A stretch of 64,000 nucleotides of DNA, from assembly GCA_040217195.1 (NCBI GenBank), contig JAVJNR010000001.1, positions 64,001 to 128,000 of the forward strand, in the 5' to 3' direction. The notes beneath the pieces were generated by a model that made no database searches, was not told the DNA's origin, and saw only the letters and a program-made list of their open reading frames with translations. The stretch comes from Leptospiraceae bacterium (GTDB lineage Bacteria > Spirochaetota > Leptospiria > Leptospirales > Leptonemataceae). Positions 10,133-19,544 of this stretch are shown piece after piece (positions within the stretch are counted from its first letter, which is position 1; each line of letters starts with the position of its first letter). Made by a program: the position numbers and the translations under genes.

Positions 10133-11445
10133 TCGGTGAAAGCAGACGTCTGGGCAAGATCGCCGGGCTTTTTCTTTCCCGTTCATTTCATTCATTCAGC
10201 TCACTGGTGTTTTCGCTGGTGGTGGGCAAACTTCTCATCGTGGAAGATCACGGTGTTTACGGTCAGTTTGTAGCCCAGGTAACTGTAATTCAGGCAATAA
10301 CCGAGGCCGGATTGCAGTATTCGCTCATTCGATATCTGTCTCGCAGTCTTCATCATGGTCATCATGGAGAAATGGCCTCCATTCTGCGGGCCTCTCTATC
10401 ACTGAAATTCTATGCATTCTTAATAGCATTCATTCTCATTGCCTCCTGGGCCACGGCCGGATTTTTTCCCATTCTTGGCGGCCCCTTGAGGCTGGCGCAT
10501 TCGCCGGATCATCTTTCCATTTTACTGATGGTTCTTCTTTCCGGTTTTGGAATGAGCATCTTTTCCTTTCTGGATGCCATACTTGTGGCGCATCAAAAAT
10601 ACAGGGAGCTGGTTTACTGGATTCCTTCCACGGGTGTAGTAAGACTTACATTATTGACTCTATTTTATTTCGGGGATTCAGGACATCTGACGGTTCAGCA
10701 AGCGCTCTTTAGCTTTATGGCCGGGCCCTACATCTCGGTGGCCATTTTCTTTGCCATATTTCCAGCGTCCTTTTTTGAGCAGTCTGCGCCCGGGGATCAC
10801 CGTTTTTTTTGGATCAAGAAGCTCTTTTCCTACAATCGATGGCTCATAGCTGCCAGCTTTTTCTCTATATTAAGTGATTGGATGGAGGTTCTAATCCTGG
10901 GCCAGAGAGCGGATGCAGCGTTCTTTCATGCGGCGCGAATTCCCATGCAGGGATTTCTCATACTTCTGGCCACCATGCAAAGTGTAATCCTGCCGCGGTT
11001 CAGTGTTCTGGAGAGTTCCAGCCAGTACGCAGAAAGCTTCCGGCAAATCTATAAGTACATCATTCCCGGCCTAATAGCATTGATCCCGGGTTTCTGGATT
11101 TTTGCCTGGTTTTTGCCATTCTGGTATGGAGAAGAGTACATTCGATCCGTCTCTGTATTCTGGATTCTGTATCCTGGATTCTTGCTCAGGCTGGTTTTTG
11201 CTCCTCTGGGAACAGCATTGCTGGCCCTGGACCGTCCCGTGGTGGTTGGTCTGGAAGCGGGCCTACGTATGGTTTCAGGTATTCTTTTCAATTCTATATT
11301 GATTCCGGCTTACGGAATTCATGGGGCAGCCTGGGCTTCTTTGATTTCTCAGACCCCTGGATGGATCTTTTTACTCGTTCTCTTCTATAGATACTTCCAG
11401 TCTGGTGTGTTTCCTCGTATTCTGGGTGGAAAGCTGGTTGAATAA
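10108..11445 (+). CDS. Oligosaccharide flippase (Wzx/MOP superfamily)
   Basis: About 12 hydrophobic segments; C-terminal LIPAYGIHGAAWA typical of Wzx-like flippases. Confidence 0.8.
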   Translation: MLQRALSLIGESRRLGKIAGLFLSRSFHSFSSLVFSLVVGKLLIVEDHGVYGQFVAQVTVIQAITEAGLQYSLIRYLSRSLHHGHHGEMASILRASLSLKFYAFLIAFILIASWATAGFFPILGGPLRLAHSPDHLSILLMVLLSGFGMSIFSFLDAILVAHQKYRELVYWIPSTGVVRLTLLTLFYFGDSGHLTVQQALFSFMAGPYISVAIFFAIFPASFFEQSAPGDHRFFWIKKLFSYNRWLIAASFFSILSDWMEVLILGQRADAAFFHAARIPMQGFLILLATMQSVILPRFSVLESSSQYAESFRQIYKYIIPGLIALIPGFWIFAWFLPFWYGEEYIRSVSVFWILYPGFLLRLVFAPLGTALLALDRPVVVGLEAGLRMVSGILFNSILIPAYGIHGAAWASLISQTPGWIFLLVLFYRYFQSGVFPRILGGKLVE

Positions 11446-11474
11446 TGCGCTACCCTGGCGGAGCTTGACGCTGC

Positions 11475-14171
11475 ATGGCCAGCAAGGATCCATCGGACCG
11501 TTCAAATCCACGACCCAGGGGTACTTCCAGTAAAAAGGGCAAGTCCTCTAAAAAATCGGACCCGGTTCCATCCACCACCAGAAAGAAAGCCTCCATCGGC
11601 AAGTCGAAGACAGCTGCAGGAACCAAACCTGCTTCCGGCAAAAAAGCCAGATCGTCGGTGAATCAACCCGGTCCGCAGAAAAGTATTCGGAGTGGAAGAG
11701 CCATCCAGGGAGTTGTGGATGTTGAATCCTATCGGCAGGGTGTTTTTGATCCTCCGGAAGGAGTGGGTCTACTAAGCCGAGTTTTCTTTTTCTCCATAGG
11801 CGGAAAGCTTGAGAAACTGGCCCGGGGATCATTGCTTCGCGCCCTTGTTTTTACCGGCCTGGTCGGATCAGGAATTATCTTCTGTATCACATTTACCTTT
11901 GCAGATCCATTTCTGGTCTGGAACGATGCCGGTTACGATGAACCTTCTTCCCTTTACGGCGTAGGATTGGATGGAAAGCCAGAGCTTATTGCACGGTATG
12001 TGCGTAGCGACTCAGGTAGAGAGATCATTGATCTGAAAGAGGAAGATCTAAAACTTCCTGTGGCCCGAGCCTTTATTGCCACCGAAGACAACAATTTTGA
12101 AGACCACTGGGGTCTGGATTTATACGGTATAGCCCGTGCCGCTGTGGTGAACTTTCTGGCCGGCGGAATCAGGGAAGGGGCTTCAACAATCACACAGCAG
12201 GTGGCCCGTTTAAGATATTTAAGTCGGGAACGATCCATTGCGCGAAAGGCCCGGGAGGCCAGTCTGGCTCTTTTTCTGGAAGCTCGATTGCCCAAACATG
12301 AAATCCTGGAACTCTACTTTAATGAAGTGCCCCTGGGTCATGGCACAAACGGAGTGCAGGCAGCCAGTCAGTTCTACTTTGAAAAGGATTTCAGAGATCT
12401 GAACTGGGGCGAAGTGGCTGTTCTTTCTTCTTTAACCACCAGGCCCAATGATTTGAGCCCGCTAAAATATCCATCGGATTCAGCCCGAAAGATTCGTGTG
12501 GTCTTCCAGCGATTAATTGAAACCGGAATGATTACACCCCGGGATGCCACCGAAGCACACAATTACCTGGCTACTGAATACTATCCGTCTTTGTTTAACC
12601 GCTACCCGGATGAAAATTATTTTGGTGTGAGGACCAATCGATTTCCTTATGCTACTGCTTACGTACTGGATCAGCTTTCCAGTCGGCTACGTCGAAAAGT
12701 GTACACAGGTGGGTATCGCATTTACTCCACGATCAATGTACAGCATCAACAGGCTGCTGAAGATCAGATGATTCCCTGGCTGGAAAGGCTTAATGAAAGA
12801 CCCAAAAGGTCCGCTTTCAAGCGGTATGAAATATTTGATCGAGAAGCCGGGGATTTCATGCCCCTGGTTCAGAAACTGTTTGGGCTGCCTGATTATTCGG
12901 TGAAGCGTACCCGGGCGCAAAGAGATTTCTCTCTGGAGCTGGCCCGTAACTGGAGAAATGAATTTACAATGCTTAATCTCCTGACTGGAGGGGAGAATGT
13001 GGCTCGTGCTTTTGAAGAAGAGCTGAGAAGTTCCAACGAAAGCAATGATGATGACGATAAGGGCATTCAAGGAGCTTTAATCAGTCTCAGACCGGAGACA
13101 GGGGCCATTACTGCAGTGGTAGGTGGTACCGGCTTTGAATCCAGAAATCAGCTACTTCGCTTTGATTCTGCACAGAGGCAGCCAGGTAGCTCTTTTAAGC
13201 CAATTGTATATGCGGCTGGTATTGATTACACCGGCAGAAATCCAGGTGCAGACAGAAAATTGACTGCCAGCACGGTCCTGGATGATTCGCCACAGCACTG
13301 GTTATCCGCAGATTTATCCGAATACTCACCAGAGAATTACAGCGGAAGTTATATGGGCCCAATTCGAATGCGACCGGCACTGGTCCAGAGTCGCAATACA
13401 TGGGCCATCCAGGCATTCACTTATATGCAGCCAGCCAGATTGTTACCTGGTATTGCGGCCATAACTGGTGTGGCAGAAGATCAATTTCCCAGGAACGCTA
13501 CACTGGCTCTTGGCAGTAAAGAAATGACTCCTCTACAAATGGTTCAAGCCTATGCGGTGTTTGCATCCGGTGGTTACCGGGTTGAGCCTTACCTTATTCA
13601 GAGAATTGAGGACCGAAACGGAACAGTAATATATGAAACTGATCCGTCCGGTCAGAGAAAAGAGCGAATATTGCTGGAAGCCACTGTATTTATCATGACA
13701 TCGTTGCTCCAGGATGTGGTCCAGGAAGGCACCGGCACTGCAGCAAGACTCTACGGTCGACCGGCTGCAGGCAAAACTGGAACAACAGATAGATCCACCA
13801 ATGCCTGGTTCGTAGGCTATACGCCCAATCTTGTTACCGCTATATATATTGGTTATGATCGTAACATCAGTCTTGGTCGTTCCGGCACAGGTGGAGGCAT
13901 GGCTGCCCCCATCTGGGGAAGATATATGAACCGAGCTCTTGAAGGGGAGCCGGTTATGCGATTTCCAGGACCACCGGAAGGCGTTGTTCAAGCTACGGTT
14001 TGTGAAACTTCAGGCAAACGACCACTTCCTCAGTGTCCAAAAACTATTACGGAATATTTTATTCGAGGAACCGTTCCCGATGAACCATGTGATGCTCATT
14101 CGGTGGAAGGAACCTCACCGGTTATTATGCCGGAATCAACAGAGCCTGTTCTTGATGAGGATGACTTCTAA
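11475..14171 (+). CDS. mrcA: Class A penicillin-binding protein (PBP1A family)
   Basis: Transglycosylase motifs EDNNF..HWG and GASTITQQ. Transpeptidase motifs SxxK (GSSFKP), SxN (SRN) and KTG (GKTGTT). C-terminal Cys-containing domain. Confidence 0.92.
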   Translation: MASKDPSDRSNPRPRGTSSKKGKSSKKSDPVPSTTRKKASIGKSKTAAGTKPASGKKARSSVNQPGPQKSIRSGRAIQGVVDVESYRQGVFDPPEGVGLLSRVFFFSIGGKLEKLARGSLLRALVFTGLVGSGIIFCITFTFADPFLVWNDAGYDEPSSLYGVGLDGKPELIARYVRSDSGREIIDLKEEDLKLPVARAFIATEDNNFEDHWGLDLYGIARAAVVNFLAGGIREGASTITQQVARLRYLSRERSIARKAREASLALFLEARLPKHEILELYFNEVPLGHGTNGVQAASQFYFEKDFRDLNWGEVAVLSSLTTRPNDLSPLKYPSDSARKIRVVFQRLIETGMITPRDATEAHNYLATEYYPSLFNRYPDENYFGVRTNRFPYATAYVLDQLSSRLRRKVYTGGYRIYSTINVQHQQAAEDQMIPWLERLNERPKRSAFKRYEIFDREAGDFMPLVQKLFGLPDYSVKRTRAQRDFSLELARNWRNEFTMLNLLTGGENVARAFEEELRSSNESNDDDDKGIQGALISLRPETGAITAVVGGTGFESRNQLLRFDSAQRQPGSSFKPIVYAAGIDYTGRNPGADRKLTASTVLDDSPQHWLSADLSEYSPENYSGSYMGPIRMRPALVQSRNTWAIQAFTYMQPARLLPGIAAITGVAEDQFPRNATLALGSKEMTPLQMVQAYAVFASGGYRVEPYLIQRIEDRNGTVIYETDPSGQRKERILLEATVFIMTSLLQDVVQEGTGTAARLYGRPAAGKTGTTDRSTNAWFVGYTPNLVTAIYIGYDRNISLGRSGTGGGMAAPIWGRYMNRALEGEPVMRFPGPPEGVVQATVCETSGKRPLPQCPKTITEYFIRGTVPDEPCDAHSVEGTSPVIMPESTEPVLDEDDF

Positions 14172-14366
14172 GAAGAAAGCTTTGTTAATCTAAAAAATTG
14201 AACAGTGGATGCTGGCTTTACCTGTAAAGATAGGTTTTTTGTTGTAAAGATCTCGGCAGGGTGCTTTCGCATATGGTGGATTTAAGAATGAAGGGAAACA
14301 GCTTCCGATAAAGCGGTGCTTATGTCCCGGAAGGAGAAGCAAATCCATCAAAAATTCTTTTTTTTC

Positions 14367-14395
14367 TTGAAAAGAAAAGCGGCACAGCCCATTAT
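14367..14395 (+). promoter_or_regulatory. Candidate sigma70 promoter for cfpA (TTGAAA-17-CATTAT)
   Basis: Hexamers 17 bp apart, preceded by an AT-rich tract, about 60 bp upstream of the cfpA start. Confidence 0.4.
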
Positions 14396-14456
14396 CCGAT
14401 AAAACAGAAAACCGGGTGAACCCGTTTCCACCTGTTATACCTTGATGGAGGAAAAT

Positions 14457-16514
14457 ATGGCAATGGGGCAGTTCCCAAAGAGTCCAAATAAAATCGACCC
14501 AACAGTTCCCAGCGCGGTGACTTCGCGTACCTCACTTGTATGGGAGGGTCGAAATAAGATCGCAGAATCAAAGAAAATTATCGATGATGCTGCGAATCGA
14601 GTAAAAGGGTTTGTACAGACTAAACTTCCGCCTGAGGTCCTGAAAGATGTGGATATCATGGCGAGTATCGAGGACAAGGTTTATAACTATGTAAACCAGG
14701 CCTATGTTAACATGTTCAATCGCTACACTGTAACGGTTGAAGATGAAATGGTGAAGAAGGTTCGTGATTTCATCGACAAAGAGGAATTGCGATCCCTGGC
14801 ACGTTACACTCCGCGTGAAATCGTGGAAGTGCTGGATAAGCTGGCCGGACCGGACAAGTTTAACACCGGTGAGATTGAAAAATCCATCGTAAACATGTAT
14901 GGTCACCTGCAAGGGCACATCCAGCGGGGCGTAAACGACCTTGAAAACGAAACTAACTCCATTCTTCGTCAGAAGACAGATGTGGGTGCTTTCGTTCGAG
15001 GTGAGAATGCCTACTCAATTGTGAAATGCGTTTTCAAAGACAATGCGTACAAGCCCAAGACTGTAACGGACATCAAACTCTCCATCAACATCCTGGACTC
15101 TGAGCTTATCAGTCCTATCTTTCACTATCAGACTACTGTAGAGTATCTGCTGAAAGATAACCTGGCCAATCACATTATGGAGCTGATTGACCGGGAGATT
15201 GAAGCTCTCAAAGAAGAGATCGTGGATAGTGGTCGGGCAGAATTGACCGACAACGAGGTGATGTTCGAGCGCATCAAGCTGGTGGATAAGTTCACTGATG
15301 ACAATATTTCTGATCCAAATTCTCGTCGTTACACGGTACTTGGTAAGAAATTTATCGATAAAATCGAGGGTCTGAGAGCTGAAATCGACCAGGAGGACTA
15401 TGATCCTCTGAACATGCGTGAGGCGATTAAAGAGATTATCGACTCAGAAAACATTCGAAACCGAGGTTTCAATACTGCAGTTAACACCCTGACTTCCATT
15501 CTGGATACGTCCAAGCTTGGTTATCAGGTATGCGACAACAAGAAGAATGCTCGCGACTGTTACATCCGAGAATACGAGGATGAAGATGAAACCCAGCTTC
15601 CGGATGAGAGATATTCAATCCGACTGGTGTATTTCGATCAAAGCCAGATTCGAGAACTGAAGCGTATCTTCGATACCAGAATGTCTGCTTTCATGCGAGA
15701 AGTGGATGCTGCGTGGGAAGTAGTGCATCAGATCTACGATCAGAAAAAATCCAAGTGGCTCGGTCTTAAGAAGACTGTGCTGGATTTTGAAGATCTGGCC
15801 AACAATGTAATGCCCAAGAAGTGGAACAAAGAGCGAAAAGAGCTCCACTCCGATCCAGATGAACTGAAATGGGATCATCTGAATTTCCGGGACACTACCA
15901 ACACCTTCGTAGAGAAGAATAACCGTACCTACACTGTAGAAACGCGAAACACTGCTCAGAAGATTCGCTACCTACGGGAAAAGCTGCAGGATATGTATGG
16001 TTACCAGAATCCGGTAGAACGAGTGGTTGTGGATGAGCGACTGACCATCCTGGAAAATCAATTCCACAAGTTCACTTACGAAATCAACCCGCACCATCTA
16101 CAGCCAGGTCTGTTGCTTGATGTGGATCTTGCTACCAGTAAGCGTAAGCAGTACATGCTCAAGGGCATGGCAAACGTTCTCAACGAATTCCTGCACGGGG
16201 TTTCTCGAGGATTCGCGGATGCAGCTTTTGCAACCTTCAAGCGTCGTCGATCCACTGTTCGTGGTGATGAAGAGATGTCTTTTGCCAGTCTGCCAGGTGG
16301 TGACGAAGGTCATCACGGTGGAGGCCACCATGGCGGAGATGATGAAGGCCATGCTCAATATGCAGCACCTTCAGCAGGGGGCGCCAATACGGACCCGGCT
16401 CCTTCGCCGTCGAGTTCCTCTGAAAGCTCCTCCGGCGGGGTAAAGGGATCAGCCGATGTGACTCCCAAGTCCTATGAGGATAAACTGAAAGACATGGGTC
16501 TTAAGGAACTTTAA
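14457..16514 (+). CDS. cfpA: Cytoplasmic filament protein CfpA
   Basis: PKSPN...NMFNRYTVTVEDEM...DKFNTGEIEKS..NMYGHLQGHIQRGVN...DVGAFVRGENAY matches treponemal CfpA as I recall it. GGAGG SD before the ATG at 14457. Confidence 0.9.
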   Translation: MAMGQFPKSPNKIDPTVPSAVTSRTSLVWEGRNKIAESKKIIDDAANRVKGFVQTKLPPEVLKDVDIMASIEDKVYNYVNQAYVNMFNRYTVTVEDEMVKKVRDFIDKEELRSLARYTPREIVEVLDKLAGPDKFNTGEIEKSIVNMYGHLQGHIQRGVNDLENETNSILRQKTDVGAFVRGENAYSIVKCVFKDNAYKPKTVTDIKLSINILDSELISPIFHYQTTVEYLLKDNLANHIMELIDREIEALKEEIVDSGRAELTDNEVMFERIKLVDKFTDDNISDPNSRRYTVLGKKFIDKIEGLRAEIDQEDYDPLNMREAIKEIIDSENIRNRGFNTAVNTLTSILDTSKLGYQVCDNKKNARDCYIREYEDEDETQLPDERYSIRLVYFDQSQIRELKRIFDTRMSAFMREVDAAWEVVHQIYDQKKSKWLGLKKTVLDFEDLANNVMPKKWNKERKELHSDPDELKWDHLNFRDTTNTFVEKNNRTYTVETRNTAQKIRYLREKLQDMYGYQNPVERVVVDERLTILENQFHKFTYEINPHHLQPGLLLDVDLATSKRKQYMLKGMANVLNEFLHGVSRGFADAAFATFKRRRSTVRGDEEMSFASLPGGDEGHHGGGHHGGDDEGHAQYAAPSAGGANTDPAPSPSSSSESSSGGVKGSADVTPKSYEDKLKDMGLKEL

Positions 16515-16537
16515 TTCCCCATGACCTCCGGGAAAAG

Positions 16538-16567
16538 GCCCGCATCCTACGATGCGGGCTTTTTTTT
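16538..16567 (+). terminator. Intrinsic terminator after cfpA
   Basis: GCCCGCATC-ctac-GATGCGGGC followed by T8. Confidence 0.9.
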
Positions 16568-16666
16568 GTAGTCCTAATGAGCCAGGTCCGTTTTTGGTTG
16601 AAGGATCTGTGATTTGTGCAAAATAAAGGCCTGCGGAGCCAAGGCTCCCATCTAGGAGATGTGCCA

Positions 16667-17614
16667 ATGAATCCCAAACTTTTTAGCTCTTTGAGTACGC
16701 GTACCAGCTTTAATAAAGTACTGCGTCACCTGGTAAGTGTATCCGGACTGATCGAAGCCATAGATAGAAATGAGAATCTGGCAGATCATCTCAACGGAAT
16801 GCTTGAGTCTGGACAGATCCAGAAGAACCAGGTTGGAGCCATTGTTAATGTTATTTTAAATAGTAGATTGCAGCTGCCCTTTCAGAGCAAGAATATGGAG
16901 GAGAGCATTTCTAGCTTTGTTCCTATTGTTACTTCCTTCTCTCGATGGAACGGAGTTTCTTTGACTCTAGTATACTATCATCCCACTCTAGGACAGCTAC
17001 TCGTTAATCCTGCCAATGAGGAGCACTGGGCTTCAGTGCAAGAGCTCAAAAAAGATGAACTGATTGTTGTATATGCTCGATCCAGGGATGGAAAACGCGA
17101 AACCGCTGAAAAAGCTCTAGAGGCTTTTTATCAACTACTGGCGGGAAAAGTACCGGAAGAAGCAGCAGGGTTTATCGACACCTCTGCTCCGGAGCCAAAG
17201 CCGGAGCCCAAACCTGCGGCTCAAGCGGCGCCTCAGCAGGCCGGCCCATCTGCCCAGAAGGCTGCAGCGCCGCCCACCGGGAAACGAAATATTACTCCCA
17301 AGTATTCTGTGCAGGTTACCAATGAGCTTTTCCACAATGGAAATGTGGAGGCCTGGAAAAACATTATTGAATCCTATGAAGCGAAGCATGCAGGAAACAA
17401 GGTAATTGTTTACCATGAAGGGGAACTGATTCAGGATTTGAATGCTCTTTTCAAATGGGGCAAGGTCAAGCATGGAGGGATCATCATGTTTCAGGTGGCC
17501 GGAGCACAGATCAAAGGTGTGAGCCGCTTGCAAAAATACCTGCATGAAGGTGCTTCTTCCAGGTTTGAATCATTTATGAAGCATGACATGAACAAAGTGC
17601 TGAATCTGTTTTAG
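16667..17614 (+). CDS. Conserved spirochaete hypothetical protein downstream of cfpA
   Basis: AGGAG SD before the ATG at 16667. Two domains joined by a Pro/Ala linker; C-terminal motif PKYSVQVTNELFHNGNVEAWKNIIESY. Confidence 0.8.
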   Translation: MNPKLFSSLSTRTSFNKVLRHLVSVSGLIEAIDRNENLADHLNGMLESGQIQKNQVGAIVNVILNSRLQLPFQSKNMEESISSFVPIVTSFSRWNGVSLTLVYYHPTLGQLLVNPANEEHWASVQELKKDELIVVYARSRDGKRETAEKALEAFYQLLAGKVPEEAAGFIDTSAPEPKPEPKPAAQAAPQQAGPSAQKAAAPPTGKRNITPKYSVQVTNELFHNGNVEAWKNIIESYEAKHAGNKVIVYHEGELIQDLNALFKWGKVKHGGIIMFQVAGAQIKGVSRLQKYLHEGASSRFESFMKHDMNKVLNLF

Positions 17615-17634
17615 GAGGTGCCGAAGTTTAGAGT

Positions 17635-18360
17635 ATGTTTTCTGAACATTTTGCCCGCCAGACCGATGAGCTCAAAGGAGCCCTTGATAAACGCCTTACG
17701 GCTCGTGGTACAGCCGCGTTACCAGGTAAGGAAAAGGACCTCCGGATCTATAAAGAGTTCTATGAATATGTCAGGGATTTATTGCCCCCCTTGTTTTCTG
17801 TGGGGATGGGAAAGGTTCGAAGCAAGAAGCATGTTCTAAATCGTACGGTAGATCTAATCATATTCCAGAAATGGTGTAAGCGATTTCTGGATCTAACAGG
17901 TGGATACGTTCTGGCAGATCAGATCTTTGCTTTCGGAAGTATGGAAACGGATCTGGAAACCAGGCATATTTACAATCACTCTTCCATTACGGAAGCAGTG
18001 AAGACATTGTATGCACAGGATGCAGAGTTGGAAGAGAATGATCTGGTACCATGCTTTTCCATCCTGCTTTCCTTCAAATCTTCGATTCCGCTGCTTTCTC
18101 ATAAGAAGGCTCTGGAGGACATCGCTGTGGAGAAGGATATTGCATTGAATAGAGAGACAGACCTGGTTTGTGTGCTGGGTCAGGGGATCATTGTTAAGGA
18201 CTGGGAAAACCAGGGAGCCTTCAAGGTCATTGAAACCGGGGAGGACACTCTGATGTGGCTATACATTCTGTTACTCGAATATCTTGACAGAGATGGAAAC
18301 CTGGGCTTTGATCCAAGAGACTATATAAAAGAAAACAAAGATTACAGAGAGTATAGCTAA
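17635..18360 (+). CDS. Hypothetical protein (possibly DUF6602-like)
   Basis: 241-aa ORF within the operon; stop overlaps the next start (TAATG). The family guess rests only on LLPPLFSVGMG...VDLIIF. Confidence 0.7.
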   Translation: MFSEHFARQTDELKGALDKRLTARGTAALPGKEKDLRIYKEFYEYVRDLLPPLFSVGMGKVRSKKHVLNRTVDLIIFQKWCKRFLDLTGGYVLADQIFAFGSMETDLETRHIYNHSSITEAVKTLYAQDAELEENDLVPCFSILLSFKSSIPLLSHKKALEDIAVEKDIALNRETDLVCVLGQGIIVKDWENQGAFKVIETGEDTLMWLYILLLEYLDRDGNLGFDPRDYIKENKDYREYS

Positions 18361-19544
18361 TGGGGGCCAATTTGAATGGCAAAGGGAAAACCTTAATCAG
18401 GTTTGCAGTATTTTTTCTACTAATCGGCCTGACTCAGTGCGGAGAGGAAGGTCGAGATTTTTACATGGTCATGGATACATCCGGATCCATGTCATCGGGC
18501 ACAATGGATGATGTGCACAAATCTCTGCCGCAAATCACTGATCTTCTAAAGAAAGGGGACCGGGTGCACCTGGTGCGATTTGATGAGTCCGCCTATCTGG
18601 AAAAGTCCATAGATATTGAAGGGGACCTGGATAAAGCCGAGGTGCTGAGCTGGGTAGACAAGCTTAAAGCGAAAGGTCGCTACACGGACATTGCCGTGAT
18701 GCTGCAATCCCTGAAGAAGATTCAGGCCGAGAACACTCCAGAAGGCAGAAAGTCATTTTTCATAGTCTTGAGTGATGGAAAAGACGATCCCGCGCCTGAT
18801 TCCAGATCGGACAGAATCAATCTGAAGGATTTTGAAGCCACGGATGCTCCTCCAGGACCCAAAAAAAGCTTTGTATACTACATCAGTCTGGGACCGGAAA
18901 AGAGCAAAGAACTGGAAGAGGGTCTAAAGGGAATCAGTCCAGATGTAAAAACCGTTGATACTTCCAGGCAGAATAAGCCCGGTACAGACGGACAAACGGC
19001 TGCCACCGGCGACGGAGATCAAGGCCAGAACGCTATGGATACCACCCGGGATGGTCCTATCGACCTTTCCGGCGCAGCCGAAGATATTGAAGAAAAATCT
19101 TCAAGCGTCTGGGATGGTCTCTGGAACAAGATCAGGGCTAACTGGAAATGGGTTGCAGGTGGCCTGGCTGCTCTACTGGCCCTGCTACTTTTAATCTGGC
19201 TGCGGATTCGTGGCAAGCGAGCCCACGTCTTAAAAGGGCAGCTTCACTTCTGGGAAGCCAGTACTCATCCGGATCTAGGTAAAACTGTGCGACTGAACAA
19301 GCTGGCCGGTAAAAAAGTGACCGTGGGAGAGAAGCCAGGAAGCAAGATACGAATTAAAGACCTGGGAGCAAGCCAGGTAGTTCTAAAAGGAACAACTAAA
19401 AAGGGAATACCCGTCCTGAAACCTGCGGGAGCAAAGGGCATTGAATTCTCTTCGCAAAAGACAAAAGGGATGATTTCTCCAGGAGATTCATTCCAACTGG
19501 GAAACTATAAATTCGAGTACAAAGATGGCAACGAAAAGGGATAG
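18360..19544 (+). CDS. von Willebrand factor A-domain membrane protein (probable lipoprotein signal)
   Basis: MIDAS DTSGS, YTD and LSDG motifs; N-terminal LIGLTQC; one TM helix followed by a small beta-rich cytoplasmic domain. Confidence 0.85.
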   Translation: MGANLNGKGKTLIRFAVFFLLIGLTQCGEEGRDFYMVMDTSGSMSSGTMDDVHKSLPQITDLLKKGDRVHLVRFDESAYLEKSIDIEGDLDKAEVLSWVDKLKAKGRYTDIAVMLQSLKKIQAENTPEGRKSFFIVLSDGKDDPAPDSRSDRINLKDFEATDAPPGPKKSFVYYISLGPEKSKELEEGLKGISPDVKTVDTSRQNKPGTDGQTAATGDGDQGQNAMDTTRDGPIDLSGAAEDIEEKSSSVWDGLWNKIRANWKWVAGGLAALLALLLLIWLRIRGKRAHVLKGQLHFWEASTHPDLGKTVRLNKLAGKKVTVGEKPGSKIRIKDLGASQVVLKGTTKKGIPVLKPAGAKGIEFSSQKTKGMISPGDSFQLGNYKFEYKDGNEKG

